Below are positions 18,764 to 29,350 of a DNA stretch of 64,000 nt, one piece after another; position 1 is the stretch's first letter; every line of letters starts with the position of its first letter. The position numbers and the translations under genes were made by a program. Source of the DNA: Chloroflexota bacterium (GTDB taxonomy: Bacteria > Chloroflexota > UBA11872 > VXOZ01). The notes under the pieces were generated by a model, which did no database searches, had not been told where the DNA came from, and saw nothing but the letters and a program-made list of their open reading frames with translations. The stretch covers positions 1,056,001 to 1,120,000 of the forward strand of contig OZ219802.1 in assembly GCA_964291655.2 (NCBI GenBank), read 5' to 3'.

Positions 18764-20155
18764 GTGAACGAGATGGCATCACTGTCCAGACGACATTTCC
18801 TCGGCACCGCTGCTCTGACCGGCGCGGGCGCACTGCTCGCCGCGTGCGGCGCGCAGGCAGGCACCGGGGCCATGGAGGAAGCAGCCGCGCCTGAGGACGA
18901 TGGCGATTCCGGCGAAATGATGATGGAGAAGTCGCCGGTCGTATTCTGGTACACCGGCATTGCTCCATGGAATTTCGATAACGAGGAGCTTCCCCAGCAG
19001 CTCCGCGCGGAATTTGACGAGACCACCAACTATACGCTCGTACCGCTCGTGCGCGGCAACGGCGGTTTCAATGATCTTCCCACCGTGGTGGCAGCCGGTG
19101 TCGCGCCGGACAACTCCAAAACGCAGTCCTACATCCAGCCCCAGTGGGGTCTGATTGAGCTCGTGCGTCCGATGGACGCCTACATCGCTGCCTCGGCCAA
19201 CGTGTCATTGGACGACCTTTGGCCGGGCAAGTACGAGGCCATGCAGTGGGCGGGCAAGACCTACGGCATCAGCTATAGCATCGACGCCCGCATCATCTAT
19301 CTGAACGTGGACCACTCGCTGGAAGCCGGCCTTGATCCCGAAACTCCGCCGGCCTCCCGCGATGAGATGGACGAAGCACTGCTCAAGGTGCACAAGACCG
19401 ACGGCGACAACATTGTCCGGCTCGGTTGGGACCCGTTCCGCGGCTCCGGCGGCATCCACACCTGGATGGCCGGCTACTGGCAGCAGGGCGGCGAGATGCT
19501 CAGCCCGGATCGTACGAAGATCCAGGTTAACAACGATCTCGCCATCAACACCGTTACCTGGCTCAAGAAAGTCCTGGACGGCCAGGGCGGCTACGACAAG
19601 GTCCGCGAGTTCCACGGTACGTTCGAGAATCGCTTGCAGGAGTACGGCAGCGGCGGCAATACGTATATGTACCTGACCAACGCTACCCGTACCTCCATGG
19701 CGCCGTACGCCGAAGGCCTCAACTACGACTTTGGACCATATCCGGCGCTGGATCCCAGCACCGCCCTGCCGGCCACTTACTCCGGCGACTGGGCGTTCTG
19801 CCTACCCAACGGCAGCAGCAACCCCGACGGCGGCTTTGCCTGGGCTGACTTCATGTACGGCGCCGAGGTGAACCTCCGCTGGTCGATTGCCATGGACCGC
19901 ATTCCGGTGCGTCAGAGCGTTGCCCAAAGCGACGCATACATTGGCGATGACAAGCTGCGCAAGCTCGCCATCGATGAGATGGTTGGCGCGCGCTTTGTCG
20001 TGAGTGTGCCCGGCGCGGGGGACATCCTCCCGATTACGAGCAGAAACCTGCAGTCAATCATGCGCAATGAGGTCACGGTTGCCGAAGGTATGCGCAACTT
20101 CGAGGAGCAAGCCCAGACGGCGATGGACGAATTCATCGCAGAGTTTGGTGGATAG
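18764..20155 (+). CDS. Extracellular solute-binding protein, Tat lipoprotein
   Basis: SRRHFLG Tat motif, LAAC lipobox, AGLDPETPP, AGGAGG RBS. The start may be the ATG at 18773. Confidence 0.9.
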   Translation: MNEMASLSRRHFLGTAALTGAGALLAACGAQAGTGAMEEAAAPEDDGDSGEMMMEKSPVVFWYTGIAPWNFDNEELPQQLRAEFDETTNYTLVPLVRGNGGFNDLPTVVAAGVAPDNSKTQSYIQPQWGLIELVRPMDAYIAASANVSLDDLWPGKYEAMQWAGKTYGISYSIDARIIYLNVDHSLEAGLDPETPPASRDEMDEALLKVHKTDGDNIVRLGWDPFRGSGGIHTWMAGYWQQGGEMLSPDRTKIQVNNDLAINTVTWLKKVLDGQGGYDKVREFHGTFENRLQEYGSGGNTYMYLTNATRTSMAPYAEGLNYDFGPYPALDPSTALPATYSGDWAFCLPNGSSNPDGGFAWADFMYGAEVNLRWSIAMDRIPVRQSVAQSDAYIGDDKLRKLAIDEMVGARFVVSVPGAGDILPITSRNLQSIMRNEVTVAEGMRNFEEQAQTAMDEFIAEFGG

Positions 20156-20532
20156 TCACAGACAGGTGAACGTGAGGATTGCGCTTCAGTAAGTATGTCG
20201 CGCGAATTTTCGCAACGCCGATAGAAGTCTGACGAAAACTAGCGTGTCTACGGGTCCTCAGGGCCCGGAGGCGCGCTAGTTTCACTTTCAAGCTCAAATC
20301 TACCAAAGCCAGGTCACGTAGCCGGGTGTAGAGGCACGACATGTCGTGCCTCTATCAGATGTGTGAGATTACTCAATTCTCATCCTGCTGCGACTAAGAG
20401 CAGCTCTCGTAGTCAGAACATATGCCGAATTGCGATCTCGCCTCCGCAAAACACGCAACTCCGGACGCACGAGATTGCCCAAGGCGGTATGCTAGAAGCG
20501 CAAGTATATCGAACAGTGCAGGAGCCAAGAAT

Positions 20533-21495
20533 ATGGAATATCGCAACCTGGGTCGTGCCGGTGTCAAGGTCTCGCCGCTTTGGTTGGGGACCGCCTATTT
20601 CAACACGCGCATAGATGAGGAGGCCGCGACCGAACTCATTCATGCCGCGCTCGATGCCGGCATCAACGTCATAGACACGGCGAATGCCTACTCGGAACCC
20701 CGCGGCTACGCTGAGACTATCGTGGGTCGCGCGATTAAAGACCGCCGGGACAAGGTGGTGCTGGCGACAAAGGTCTTTCACCCTATGGGCGACGGCCCCA
20801 ATGACCGCGGCTCCAGCCGCTACCACATCATGGAGCAGGTGCACGCCAGCCTGCGGCGGTTGGATACCGACCGTATCGACCTCTACCAACTGCACCGCCC
20901 CGATCCTGAAGTGCCGATCGAGGAAACCCTCCGCACTCTGGAAGACCTGCGGCGTCAGGGCAAGATCCTCTACTTCGGCACTTCGAAGTTTGCCGGCTGG
21001 CAGCTCTGCGAGGCCCTCTGGACCTCCGATAGGCTCGGCCTTGCCCCTACCGTCTCCGAGCAACCGGAATACAGCTTGGTAAATCGTTCCATTGAGGCGG
21101 AAGTGCTGCCGGTGACGCGCAAGTACGGCCTCGGCGTCGTGCCGTACAGCCCATTGGGGGGCGGCTGGCTCACTGGCAAGTACCGGCGCGGCGATAGTGC
21201 TCCCGCCGACTCGCGGTTCGCTGGACGCGGCATGGATTTCGCAGGCGATACCTACGCGCCGACCTTCGACGCGCTTGAGCATCTGGAGGAGCTGGCCGCT
21301 GGCAAGAGCATCACGCTGAGCCAGTTGGCCCTTGCCTGGCTCTTGGCGCAACCAGGTGTTACGGCGCCCATCATCGGGCCGCGTACCCCGCATCAACTGC
21401 AGGACAACCTGGGCGCTCTTGAGGTCACGCTGTCGGATGGTGAGCTCGCCGCTGTTGACGATATTGTGCCGCCGGCGTCCGTCCTCCCAGGATGA
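20533..21495 (+). CDS. Aldo/keto reductase
   Basis: MEYRNLGRAGVKVS, IDTANAY, LATK, SLRRLDTDRIDLYQLH and YSPLGGGWLTGKY. Confidence 0.95.
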   Translation: MEYRNLGRAGVKVSPLWLGTAYFNTRIDEEAATELIHAALDAGINVIDTANAYSEPRGYAETIVGRAIKDRRDKVVLATKVFHPMGDGPNDRGSSRYHIMEQVHASLRRLDTDRIDLYQLHRPDPEVPIEETLRTLEDLRRQGKILYFGTSKFAGWQLCEALWTSDRLGLAPTVSEQPEYSLVNRSIEAEVLPVTRKYGLGVVPYSPLGGGWLTGKYRRGDSAPADSRFAGRGMDFAGDTYAPTFDALEHLEELAAGKSITLSQLALAWLLAQPGVTAPIIGPRTPHQLQDNLGALEVTLSDGELAAVDDIVPPASVLPG

Positions 21496-21563
21496 CCAGG
21501 GCCACCCTCCTCATGTCGCACGGCTTGCGGTCACTGCCAGTTCACTCTTGAGGGGCGCTGCCT

Positions 21564-22487
21564 GTGGCATCACGTGAAAGCGCGGAGCGCGCCGCCCGAC
21601 GGATTAAGGCCAGCGTGGAACCGGAAGCTGCCGCCGGCGGTTATATGGACCATGAACCGGGCGATCCCTTAGTCCGCGTGACGCGGCACGAGATCGCAGA
21701 CTCCCTGCGTGCAGCGGGCCTGAGCGCGGGCGAGACAGTTCTGTTCCATAGCTCTCTGAGCAGTATGGGCACCGTGGTCGGCGGCGCGGATGCGGTCATC
21801 GACGGCTTCCTGGACGCGGTGGGGCCTGCAGGCACCGTCGCTGTGCCGACATTGAGTTCATGGCGAGAACTGCATGAGAAGCGCCGGGTATGGGATCTGT
21901 GGAGCATCGCGGATACGCCCACCTATTGCGGACTGATTCCGGAATCTTTCCGGAGACGTTCGGAAGCCCAACGCAGCAACCACTATACCCACTCGGTAAG
22001 CGCGATCGGCCCGCGGGCTGAGGAGCTCACCGCAGACCACGGCCGGTCCGGCCTGCGCGAGAGTCCCTGGGGGCCAGGCGCATTCGCCGTGCAGAGTCCC
22101 TGGCAGCGGTTCTACGATTGGAATGTCTTCTACTGCCTCATTGGCGTGAACTGCCAACGCCTCACCATGGTGCACTTTGTCGAGACGCACTTAGTGCACC
22201 GGGCGCTGACGCGCGCTGCTCCTAACCGCCGCAAGGCGTTGCTCGCACAGGTGCGCGGCTGGACAAGCAACGGCATCTGGGCCGGTATCGGCACCGACAA
22301 ACGCCTGGTCGCGGAAGAGATCTTCGCGGAGAAGGGACTGCTAGAGTACGGGGCAATTGGCTCCGCGCGCCTGCGCTACATGCGTATTCAGCCGGTCGTG
22401 GATGCCTGGATCGCACTGGCGGAAGCAGACCCGGCCTACTGGTGCTCGGAGGATTTTGTGCGCTGGCTGGAACACACCGGATCCTAA
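21564..22487 (+). CDS. AAC(3)/YokD family N-acetyltransferase-like protein
   Basis: LFHSSLSSMG, GTVAVPT, GLIPESFR, RSNHYTHS and TMVHFVE motifs. Confidence 0.85.
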   Translation: MASRESAERAARRIKASVEPEAAAGGYMDHEPGDPLVRVTRHEIADSLRAAGLSAGETVLFHSSLSSMGTVVGGADAVIDGFLDAVGPAGTVAVPTLSSWRELHEKRRVWDLWSIADTPTYCGLIPESFRRRSEAQRSNHYTHSVSAIGPRAEELTADHGRSGLRESPWGPGAFAVQSPWQRFYDWNVFYCLIGVNCQRLTMVHFVETHLVHRALTRAAPNRRKALLAQVRGWTSNGIWAGIGTDKRLVAEEIFAEKGLLEYGAIGSARLRYMRIQPVVDAWIALAEADPAYWCSEDFVRWLEHTGS

Positions 22488-22861
22488 ATCGCCCCAAAGC
22501 GACCAGAATCCCTATTGGATTCTCTCGTCCGCACGTCTAGCTTCTCAATCTGCTAAGTACCCTCGCGCTCTGCCACCTGCGGCTGCAGCCTAGCTACTGG
22601 TAGTATTCAAGAGTGCTCCGAGTAGTTGCGCGTTTCCACTGCGCAAGCAGGATTGCCATAGGGAGTGCAGACACCCTCACTCCGTCATACCGGCAAAAGA
22701 CTGTATCCAACTTTGCCCCGCCCACTGGACTCCGGCTTCCGCCGGAGTGACGGACGGCCCTCTTCTCGATTCCAACGCAAGTTCCATAGGGTGAGCAATA
22801 CCACCGCGATAGGTATTGGTGGTAGTACCTGACAAAATGCGCTCACGCCTCTCAGTGGGGC

Positions 22862-23671
22862 TCAGGTCCCACCCAAAGCACCAAGGAACGCATCCGACGT
22901 AATCGTCCCCGCCACATCGCGCAGTTCGAACTGGTGGATCATGACGCTGGTGGCCGCACGCAGTGGATACGTGTCGCTCGCCTCGACGCCGGTGGTGGCG
23001 TCACGGAGGAGCACCAGGGCGTAGCCGCGCTCGCGCATAGCACGCATGCCGTAGTCCCTGTCCGGCACACAGATGTTGGTAGCAAAGCCAACGTAGAAGA
23101 GGTAAAGAATGCCGCGCTCGCGGCAAAGCCGGTGGAGCTGGTCGCCGGTGGCGATTACGTGGTCGCCCGTCTGCGGCAACACCGCCGAATGAATGGAACG
23201 GTCGCGGTCGATACGGTCAAGTTGCTCCTGGTGCAGGCCGCTGCGCCGGGCTTGCAGGTGCGCCCATTCACCTTGACGTAGTGCGAAGTCTTCCGGCGGC
23301 CAGTCCTGCCTGCCCAACCCTATCTGCGCTTCCTCGTCTGCCGCGTCCGCCGGCCAGAATTGCCGAAACTTGTCGGCCACTGGTGGTGACGGGGCATGGA
23401 CAACCGTAATGCCGTTCGACCGGCACGCTTCCAGCACCGGCCTAATCGTGTCCTCGCAAATGCGCCCGGCGCGTTCTTGAAAGCTCTCTACAATGATCTG
23501 GTCCCAACAGTCCACGAGCACCAGTGCTGCCTGCTCCAGGGGAATGCTGACGGGCAGGTGCACATAGCCGAAGTGCTCCTCCCGGTACGGCAGATGCGGC
23601 GGGTTCGGCTCGTGGACGATGTGACGCACCGTGAGTTGCAATGGCATCGATGGACGCTCTTTCATTGTCAA
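22862..23671 (-). CDS. Isochorismatase-like cysteine hydrolase
   Basis: ALVLVDCW, GFATNICV and LLRDAT. Start uncertain (ATG at 23665 or 23647 possible). Confidence 0.85.
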   Translation of the reverse strand: MTMKERPSMPLQLTVRHIVHEPNPPHLPYREEHFGYVHLPVSIPLEQAALVLVDCWDQIIVESFQERAGRICEDTIRPVLEACRSNGITVVHAPSPPVADKFRQFWPADAADEEAQIGLGRQDWPPEDFALRQGEWAHLQARRSGLHQEQLDRIDRDRSIHSAVLPQTGDHVIATGDQLHRLCRERGILYLFYVGFATNICVPDRDYGMRAMRERGYALVLLRDATTGVEASDTYPLRAATSVMIHQFELRDVAGTITSDAFLGALGGT

Positions 23672-23940
23672 CCAAGTCTCTTTGTTGAGCAGCGTGCGCG
23701 GCAGGAAAGCAATCCGGTTCCGTCATTCCGGCGAAAGCCGGAATCCAGATGCTCGGAGTATTCAAATTACTCTCGCGCGGCATTCCTGCGAGACTCTGAT
23801 CCGTCTTTCCCGCGCACGCGGGAATCCATCTTCCTCCGCGACTCTGGCGTCAACCCAGCCACACCGCCACGAGACTCCTCTCCCACGCCACTCCCGGGCT
23901 TCCGGCCTGCGCCGGAGTGCGGGACAGACACCCTTCGCTC

Positions 23941-24921
23941 TTAGAAGGGCACGTCCACGCCCAACTCTTGACCCAGTTCCCGCAAAGCATCCCCGTGCTC
24001 TGGACCCACGGGCACGCCCTCTTTGCGCCACAGCCGCTCGCGCTTGGCCTCCATGCCGCCGCCAACTTCTACGTCTGACTGGTTGGTAATTGGTGCAAGC
24101 TGACGCACCTGGCGGATGTAGTCGTCAATCTCACGTTTGAACTGATCGAGCGGCATGTAGTGGGAGACGTCGTGGGCGGTCATAAACGATCCTTGGTTCG
24201 CGCCCCGCCATTCCCGCTGCACGCGCTCCGGCGCTGAGGGCACACCGCACAAGAATCCGCCGAGAATTTGGCAAAACGAGCCAAGACCAATACTGCGGTA
24301 GGTGGCACTGGGCGCCAGCATTTCTATGGCCTTGACGTGTGGCTCTCCATCGTAGAGATCGTGAACGGCGCCAAAGTCGATCACAACGGGCGGCTCCGCG
24401 CCGCCGGGAGCGGCAAAACTCATCGGCGAGCCACCGGCAGCGTGACGGTGCGGTGCGCCCGGCTTCATTTGCAGTTGCGCGCCGGAGGTCACATAGGCTA
24501 TCAGGTCCGCGTTCACAATCACCCGCGACCACAGTCCCGCCGCGCCAAAGTGTCCATGGTTGCGGGTAATCACGTTGGCCACGCCATGCTCTTTCGCCTT
24601 TTGCACAGCTAAGTTGGCCGCCGTGAATGACGGAAAGTACCCCAGGCCCCCATCACCGTCAACGGTTGCCGTCACCGCGGTTTCGTTCACTACCTGCACG
24701 TTGGGCGTTACGTTGAGGTCCCTTCTTTGAAAGTGTCCCACATAGGCAATAGTCTGGCGCGTGCCGTGACTGAACACGCCGCGCAGATCGTTGGCGGTCA
24801 GCCACCCGGCCATCTGCCCCGCATGCTCGTCCGACATGCCGACCGCGCGAAAGCAGTCTTTCACGAAGGCCGCCATCGGCTCGGCTTGGACACGGATAAA
24901 GGATTCAGGCGGTGTATTCAT
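23941..24921 (-). CDS. Ldh_2 (malate/L-lactate dehydrogenase-like) oxidoreductase
   Basis: DLRGVFSHG, VDGDGGLG and NHGHFGAAG. Confidence 0.9.
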   Translation of the reverse strand: MNTPPESFIRVQAEPMAAFVKDCFRAVGMSDEHAGQMAGWLTANDLRGVFSHGTRQTIAYVGHFQRRDLNVTPNVQVVNETAVTATVDGDGGLGYFPSFTAANLAVQKAKEHGVANVITRNHGHFGAAGLWSRVIVNADLIAYVTSGAQLQMKPGAPHRHAAGGSPMSFAAPGGAEPPVVIDFGAVHDLYDGEPHVKAIEMLAPSATYRSIGLGSFCQILGGFLCGVPSAPERVQREWRGANQGSFMTAHDVSHYMPLDQFKREIDDYIRQVRQLAPITNQSDVEVGGGMEAKRERLWRKEGVPVGPEHGDALRELGQELGVDVPF

Positions 24922-25224
24922 TCGTGTCTCCTGGCAATTCCCCCACTTGAAGCGCTCGATTTGAATCCATGCGACAGCTCAGTCTCTTTCGAAAGTGGAA
25001 CCAAAAAATCCAAGCAAAGACCGGCCCATCCATTTGCTACTTCTACTTCAATCTCCTGCAGGTGGTGGGCCGTCACTGTCATTCCCAGCGGAGCGAGGAA
25101 TCTAGAGTCCTGGATGCAGGATATTCCTGGTTGCCATGCTCCTCGGATTGACTGCCGATCAGCAGCACTAGGGCTGGCCCCACAACCTAGCGCACGGGGC
25201 AAGAACCCTCTGTGCCAACGTAAC

Positions 25225-26387
25225 CTAAACCTTCACCGCCGCCAGCCGTTCCATCGCCTCCTGCAGCCGGTCAGTGGGACAGGCCAGGGAGATTCGGAAG
25301 TAGCCCTCGCCCGCATCGCCAAATCCGACGCCGGGGGTGATGACAAGACCGGCCTCGTCGAGCAAGCGCACAGAGAAATCGATGGCGGAGATGCCCTTGG
25401 GCGTCGGCGACCACACGTAGAGGCTGGCCTTGGGTTTCTGCGCGTTCAGGCCCATGCCCTCCAGAGCGTCCAAGATGAGGTCGCGGCGCTCCTGGTAGAT
25501 GGCGTTACGTTCGTCGATCCACGATTGCGGCGTCTCGTTCAGCGCCACCACGCCGGCCTCTTGCACTGCACGAAAGATGCCGGAGTCGATATTCGTCTTC
25601 ACCCGGCCGAGCGCCTCGATGATGTCCGTATTGCCCACCGCCATGCCGATGCGCCAGCCGGTCATGTTGTAGGTCTTGGAGAGCGAGTGGAATTCGATGC
25701 CCACGTCCATGGCGCCGTCCACTTCCAGGAAGCTCAACGGCTTGTAGCCGTCGAAGCAGACCTCCGTATAGGCCGCGTCGTGGGCGATGATGAGGTCGTG
25801 TTCCTTGCCGAACGCCACGCATTCCTCGAAGAACGAGCGGGGCGCGACCGCTGCCGTGGGATTATTCGGATAGCAAATCCAGAGCAGTTTGGCGCGCTTG
25901 ATCACGTCGCTCGGAATGGCGCGAGGTCGGGCAGGAAGTCGTTTTCCTCCCGCAGCGGCACGTAGTAGGTCTCGCCATCGGAGAACAGCGTGCCGGTGTG
26001 GTAGACCGGATAGCCGGGGTCGGTGGCCAGCACCACGTCGCCGGGGTCAACCACCGCCACGGGAAAGTGCGCAATGCCTTCTTTAGAGCCAATGAGCGAG
26101 ACCACCTGGGTCTCCGGGTCCAGCTTCACCCCAAACCGCTGCCCGTACCATGCCGCCACGGCTTCCCGAAACGCCGGCATGCCCTCGTATTCCGGGTATT
26201 GATGGGTGTAGGGCTTGGCCGCAGCCGCAGCCAGCGCATCGATGACGTGCTGCGGCGTGGGCAGATCGGGGTCGCCGATACCCAGCGAAATGACGTCCAC
26301 ACCCTCTTTCCGCTTGGCCGCAATGCGCCGGTCCACCTCGGCAAACAGATACGGCGGTAATTTAGCAATCCGATTCGCAAAGCGCAT
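25225..26387 (-). pseudogene. dapL: LL-diaminopimelate aminotransferase split by a 1-nt deletion near 25920 (true pseudogene or sequence error)
   Basis: [16 protein letters not shown] and IGSKEGIAH are in one frame. YPNNPT, HDAAY and FHSLSKTYNMTGWRIG are in the next. Total length is 1163 nt (3n-1). Confidence 0.88.
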
Positions 26388-26728
26388 GAATGTTTCCTCT
26401 TTCGTGTACGCGCGTTCCTAGCCAATGTTAAAGGGAGAATTGGGCCTCCCCAAGTGCAAAACAGTTGCAGTATACGGTATCACGAAACGACAGAAAGGGT
26501 GTAGTTTCGATGCCGGCCGACTGCCTGCCAATTGGTTCAATGCTTGCGGCCTGCCTCCGGCCGGGCGCGCTACATCACTCAAGGTACGCAGTTTGTGCTT
26601 CGACCAGGCTTTGCGAAGCCCCCTCAGCACGAACGGACAAAAAATCTCGGACTCTGCCGAATGGATGTGCCACGGCATCTACTGGATGGGAACGCCACGG
26701 CCTTACGAGAAAAGAAACGCCCCGAACC

Positions 26729-29230
26729 TTAGGGAGACCATGCTGGGTCGGCGTCGAGGGCCGGGTTGTCGGTGAGGCGTATGACGTTGCCGCTCGCAAC
26801 GTCCATCACGTAGATTTCGTAATTCAGGTTTCTAATGCTGTAGAAGGCCAGGCTATTGCCATCAGCCGACCATGCGGGGGCGAAGTCGTCCGCCGGGTGG
26901 TTCGTCAGCCGGTTCAATTCCGTACCGTCGGCGTTAATCAGGTACAGCTCCCAGTTCCCCGACCGTTTACTGGTGAAAGCCAGCTTGTGTCCGTCCGGCG
27001 ACCAGGCCGGCGCCGTATCCGCAGCGCGGTCGCTCGTAAGCCGTGTTTGCTCGCTGCCGTCGGCATTCATCACGAAGATGTCGAAGTTCCGTTCGCGGTC
27101 GCTGGAAAAGGCAATCTTCACACCGTCGGGCGACCAAGACGGCGACAGCTCGCGCCCGCGGTCAAAAGTGAGTCTCGTTTCCGCGCTGCCATCGGCGTTC
27201 ATCACGTAAATGTCTACATTGTTCTGCCGTTCACTATAGAAGGCCAGCTTGCGTCCGTCCGGCGACCAGCGCGGCGCGAAGTCGTCGCCGGGATCATCTG
27301 TGAGTTGCGTCACGCCGCTGCCGTCCGCGTTCATCACGTAGATGTCGAAGTTCCCGGCGCGGTTGCTGGCAAAGGCAATGCGGCGCGCATCGGGCGACCA
27401 GTTGGGCGCAACGTCGTTAGCCGGGTCTTCCGTGAGGCGTGAAAGCGCGCTGCCGTCCGCATTCATCGCGTAGATTTCCCAGTTTTCGTCCCGTAGACTG
27501 GCAAACGCAATCTGTGCCAATCGCTTCTCATCACCACCCGACACGACGACGAACTGCTTGTTGCCGGCATATCCGCTGCTATCAAAGATGATGGGTATGG
27601 CAAAGTCCTCCACAGCCACCCCGGTCACAACCACCTTGAAGAGCAGTCCAAAGTTGCCGAACGGCAGCGGCGCCGGCCCCGCGGCCCGCCAATACCCCAC
27701 GCTGTCCGGCGGCGAAAGTTCCCATCCTTCCAGCAGCCCCCCTTCTTCCGTTGCTACGAGCGAGACCGTGGCCGGTTGGTCGATAGCGAGTGTAAAGCGG
27801 AAATGCTGGATATTGCGCGGCACGTGAAGGGCGCGGACGAACGTGGTTGCGGTCTGCGCTTCCACGTCCACCGTAGGCGGATCAACCGCGATGCGGCCCT
27901 GAGTATCCGGGCTGTAGATTTCACCAAAAGGCAAAGAGTCGCTGGTAAAGACACCACTGGCGTCGTTCAGGATAGTCTCAATCCGCACCGTGTACGTCCC
28001 ACTGCGGCGTAGCGTGGTGTAGCTGAGCTTGTATTGACCGGCGAAGTCGTTCACCAGCGCATTGAATTGCGCCTCAAGCTGCGCCAATTCAGACACGGCG
28101 TAGTAAGCCCCGTTCGTCGCCGTCGCTATCGCTCGCAAGCCGGTCTCTTGATAAACATCCCCCAGTCCGAGCGGGTAAAGTTGAACGCCGCTCTCCTGCG
28201 CTAGCTGGGCAACCTCGTCGCGCGTGCGCAAGCTGCTGGTGTCCCTGCCGTCCGAGAGAAAAACCAAGGCGCGGGTAACGTCGCTTGCTGTTTCTGCCTG
28301 AGCCGAAAACAGATCAAGACCGCGCTCAACGGCATCCCACAGGCGACTTGAGCCGGAATCGAAGCCGGATTCGGCAAAACGCCCAACCTCCGTGCGAATC
28401 AGGCCTCTATCCGTCGTTGGGAAAGCAAGAATCACCGGCTCCGCGCTTCGATCGTGGAATGCAACAACACCCACGCGATGGGCTTCCGGCAAACGTTCGA
28501 GAGCGCTCTCTAGCGCTTGCCGCATGAGCGTGCTGCCTGCCGTACCGTCCGGCAATTGCCACGTCGTCATGCTGCGCGTGAAGTCGAGAACGAACACCAC
28601 CTCCAGCGCGAAACGTTCTGCTGAATACACGAAGAAATTAGTCTCCGTATAGTCGATTTCTTCCCACTCATCCGTACCGTCTGCGCGCTCGAAAATGCGC
28701 GTTGCGCGCTGCAGCTCCGCCGCCGGCAAGATCGTGGGATTGCCGTCCTGGTCGCGGAGCGAGAAAATCGCCTGCACTTGGCTGGGCTCGTTGAGCAAAA
28801 CGCGGACGCCCGCAAAGCTGAGCGCCGATTCTGCTGTGGGGGATGGCGTAGCATCAGGGGTGGGCGAAGATTCCGGTGAAGCCGCAGGCGTGGACGTGGG
28901 TAACGTAGTCGACATAGGGGTAGGTTCCGGTGTTGGGCTGGGACGTGGTGTGGGGACTGGTGTAGCAGTTACCTCCGGTGTAGGAGGAATCGGTGTGGGC
29001 GCCACTGTCGGTGAGGGCTCCGCCGCAGGCTTCGGCATGGCCGTAGGCGTAGCCAAAGGCGTCGTTGAGATTGAGGTGGCTGTGGGTGCAACCGTGCGGG
29101 TGACCTGCGGGGATGGCGTCTGACGCGCTTCCTCAACCGGCGCGACGACATCCGGCCCATCCTCACCACATGCTGCGAGCAACAGGCACAAACTGCCTAA
29201 CAAGACAGAGGCGACGTAGCGTCCATTCAT
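26729..29230 (-). CDS. Lipoprotein with Pro/Thr linker, VWA domain and C-terminal TolB-like PD40 beta-propeller
   Basis: LAAC lipobox, PT-rich stretch, MIDAS-like DFTRS and LSDG, and six EIYxMNADGS..RLT..PxWSPDG repeats. Confidence 0.9.
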   Translation of the reverse strand: MNGRYVASVLLGSLCLLLAACGEDGPDVVAPVEEARQTPSPQVTRTVAPTATSISTTPLATPTAMPKPAAEPSPTVAPTPIPPTPEVTATPVPTPRPSPTPEPTPMSTTLPTSTPAASPESSPTPDATPSPTAESALSFAGVRVLLNEPSQVQAIFSLRDQDGNPTILPAAELQRATRIFERADGTDEWEEIDYTETNFFVYSAERFALEVVFVLDFTRSMTTWQLPDGTAGSTLMRQALESALERLPEAHRVGVVAFHDRSAEPVILAFPTTDRGLIRTEVGRFAESGFDSGSSRLWDAVERGLDLFSAQAETASDVTRALVFLSDGRDTSSLRTRDEVAQLAQESGVQLYPLGLGDVYQETGLRAIATATNGAYYAVSELAQLEAQFNALVNDFAGQYKLSYTTLRRSGTYTVRIETILNDASGVFTSDSLPFGEIYSPDTQGRIAVDPPTVDVEAQTATTFVRALHVPRNIQHFRFTLAIDQPATVSLVATEEGGLLEGWELSPPDSVGYWRAAGPAPLPFGNFGLLFKVVVTGVAVEDFAIPIIFDSSGYAGNKQFVVVSGGDEKRLAQIAFASLRDENWEIYAMNADGSALSRLTEDPANDVAPNWSPDARRIAFASNRAGNFDIYVMNADGSGVTQLTDDPGDDFAPRWSPDGRKLAFYSERQNNVDIYVMNADGSAETRLTFDRGRELSPSWSPDGVKIAFSSDRERNFDIFVMNADGSEQTRLTSDRAADTAPAWSPDGHKLAFTSKRSGNWELYLINADGTELNRLTNHPADDFAPAWSADGNSLAFYSIRNLNYEIYVMDVASGNVIRLTDNPALDADPAWSP

Positions 29231-29350
29231 CTGTTGTCACCACCCGGCATGAGCCTATCGCCTACTCCACCGCATACGCTTGGCGTATAATGAGTCAACA
29301 CGAGCTTGGGTATACCACGCGTACTCACCACAAGTATTTGCCGAAAGTCT

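Noticed and set aside
25900-25930. Programmed ribosomal frameshift in dapL
   Set aside because: There is no slippery heptamer or homopolymer run at the junction. A simple 1-nt deletion explains it.
24727-25965. 412-aa plus-strand ORF and similar long antisense ORFs (e.g. 10380-11408, 15004-15990, 20413-21396, 26465-27442, 34420-35313)
   Set aside because: They overlap well-supported genes on the opposite strand, lack motifs, and are typical of high-GC shadow frames.
26388-26560. Lysine riboswitch upstream of dapL
   Set aside because: I see no recognisable L-box consensus blocks in the leader.
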